A DNA stretch of 63,595 bases, counting the filler, from Reticulomyxa filosa (taxonomy: Eukaryota > Protista > Foraminifera), in assembly GCA_000512085.1 (NCBI GenBank). It is 14 parts of 14 records of this genome, joined end to end, with 100 filler letters (N's around TTAATTAATTAA, not from the genome) between each part and the next. Parts side by side here need not be neighbours in the genome. Positions count along the whole stretch, not along the records: positions 62,544 to 63,595 come from ASPP01029301.1; 13 more parts are not named here. One strand, written 5' to 3'. Shown here piece after piece: positions 63,447 to 63,595 of this stretch. The translations under genes were made by a program, and so were the position numbers. Every line of letters begins with the position of its first letter. The first letter of the stretch is position 1. The notes beneath the pieces were generated by a model that had not been told where the DNA came from, made no database searches, and saw nothing but the letters and a program-made list of their open reading frames with translations.

Positions 63447-63595
63447 TACTGGCTTGGAGTTTCGCAAAAAAGAAAATGAAGATAGTAGGAGTTGGATGAT
63501 GATGATTAATAAATAGAATATTTTGAGGATATCGTGTTGGATTAGTCTTAAAAAGTAAAAAAGACATTATGTCAATTTTACTTTCGTTATAAAAT

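Noticed and set aside
1-63595. A window-wide gene cluster (for example chromatin genes H3/SET/CHD/TALE, or lipase/PLB/PX)
   Set aside because: The genes lie on different contigs joined artificially, so their proximity carries no information.
1-63595. Alternative (ciliate-type) genetic code
   Set aside because: Conserved proteins end at TAA/TAG/TGA where expected (H3, lipase, methyltransferase), and long exons have no in-frame stops. Introns and frameshifts explain the ORF breaks.
1-63595. tRNA, rRNA, CRISPR arrays, telomeric repeats
   Set aside because: None were recognised by eye. A tRNAscan or Infernal run would be needed to exclude small RNAs.

Overview
This window is eukaryotic, AT-rich and intron-containing. 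It is not one locus. It is 14 unrelated contigs joined by 13 artificial 100-bp spacers (N44-TTAATTAATTAA-N44), so neighbourhood only has meaning within a contig. The genetic code is standard. The WD40 and kelch-like family signatures (GGNGYTICSGSFDKTIRIWD; PFQSLKDLPIPL..SQCV.HK.EILICGG; IVQYWIR.LNIKLG) point to the foraminiferan Reticulomyxa filosa or a close relative; this is inferred from recalled family motifs, not from a search. Genes reconstructed across GT-AG introns, in order: a CenH3-like histone H3 variant, a GNAT acetyltransferase, a PHD-chromo-SET protein, two low-complexity proteins, a 4-EF-hand protein, an acid lipase, a TALE homeobox gene, a 4-domain-type cation channel fragment, a PX protein, a phospholipase B-like protein, a LOTUS/OST-HTH+RRM protein, an SH3+RRM protein, a 7TM protein, a PH-serpin fusion, a class I methyltransferase, a NACHT-pentapeptide-WD40 STAND protein, a kelch-like+WD40 gene, a WD40 gene, a CHD7-like remodeller with a C-terminal PHD, a PAPS transporter and a prolyl 4-hydroxylase. 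There are also MITE-like repeats, a non-LTR retroelement relic and pseudogene relics. Many frameshifts sit in homopolymers and may be sequencing errors. The best leads are the in-frame PH-serpin fusion head-to-head with a 7TM gene, an NLR-like NACHT-WD40 gene with patterned repeat hypervariability, a [LOTUS-LOTUS-RRM]x2-RRM protein, a CenH3-like histone without the loop-1 insertion, a channel lacking its filter glutamates, a symmetric 99-nt exon reused among propeller genes, and introns with poly-A in place of polypyrimidine tracts.
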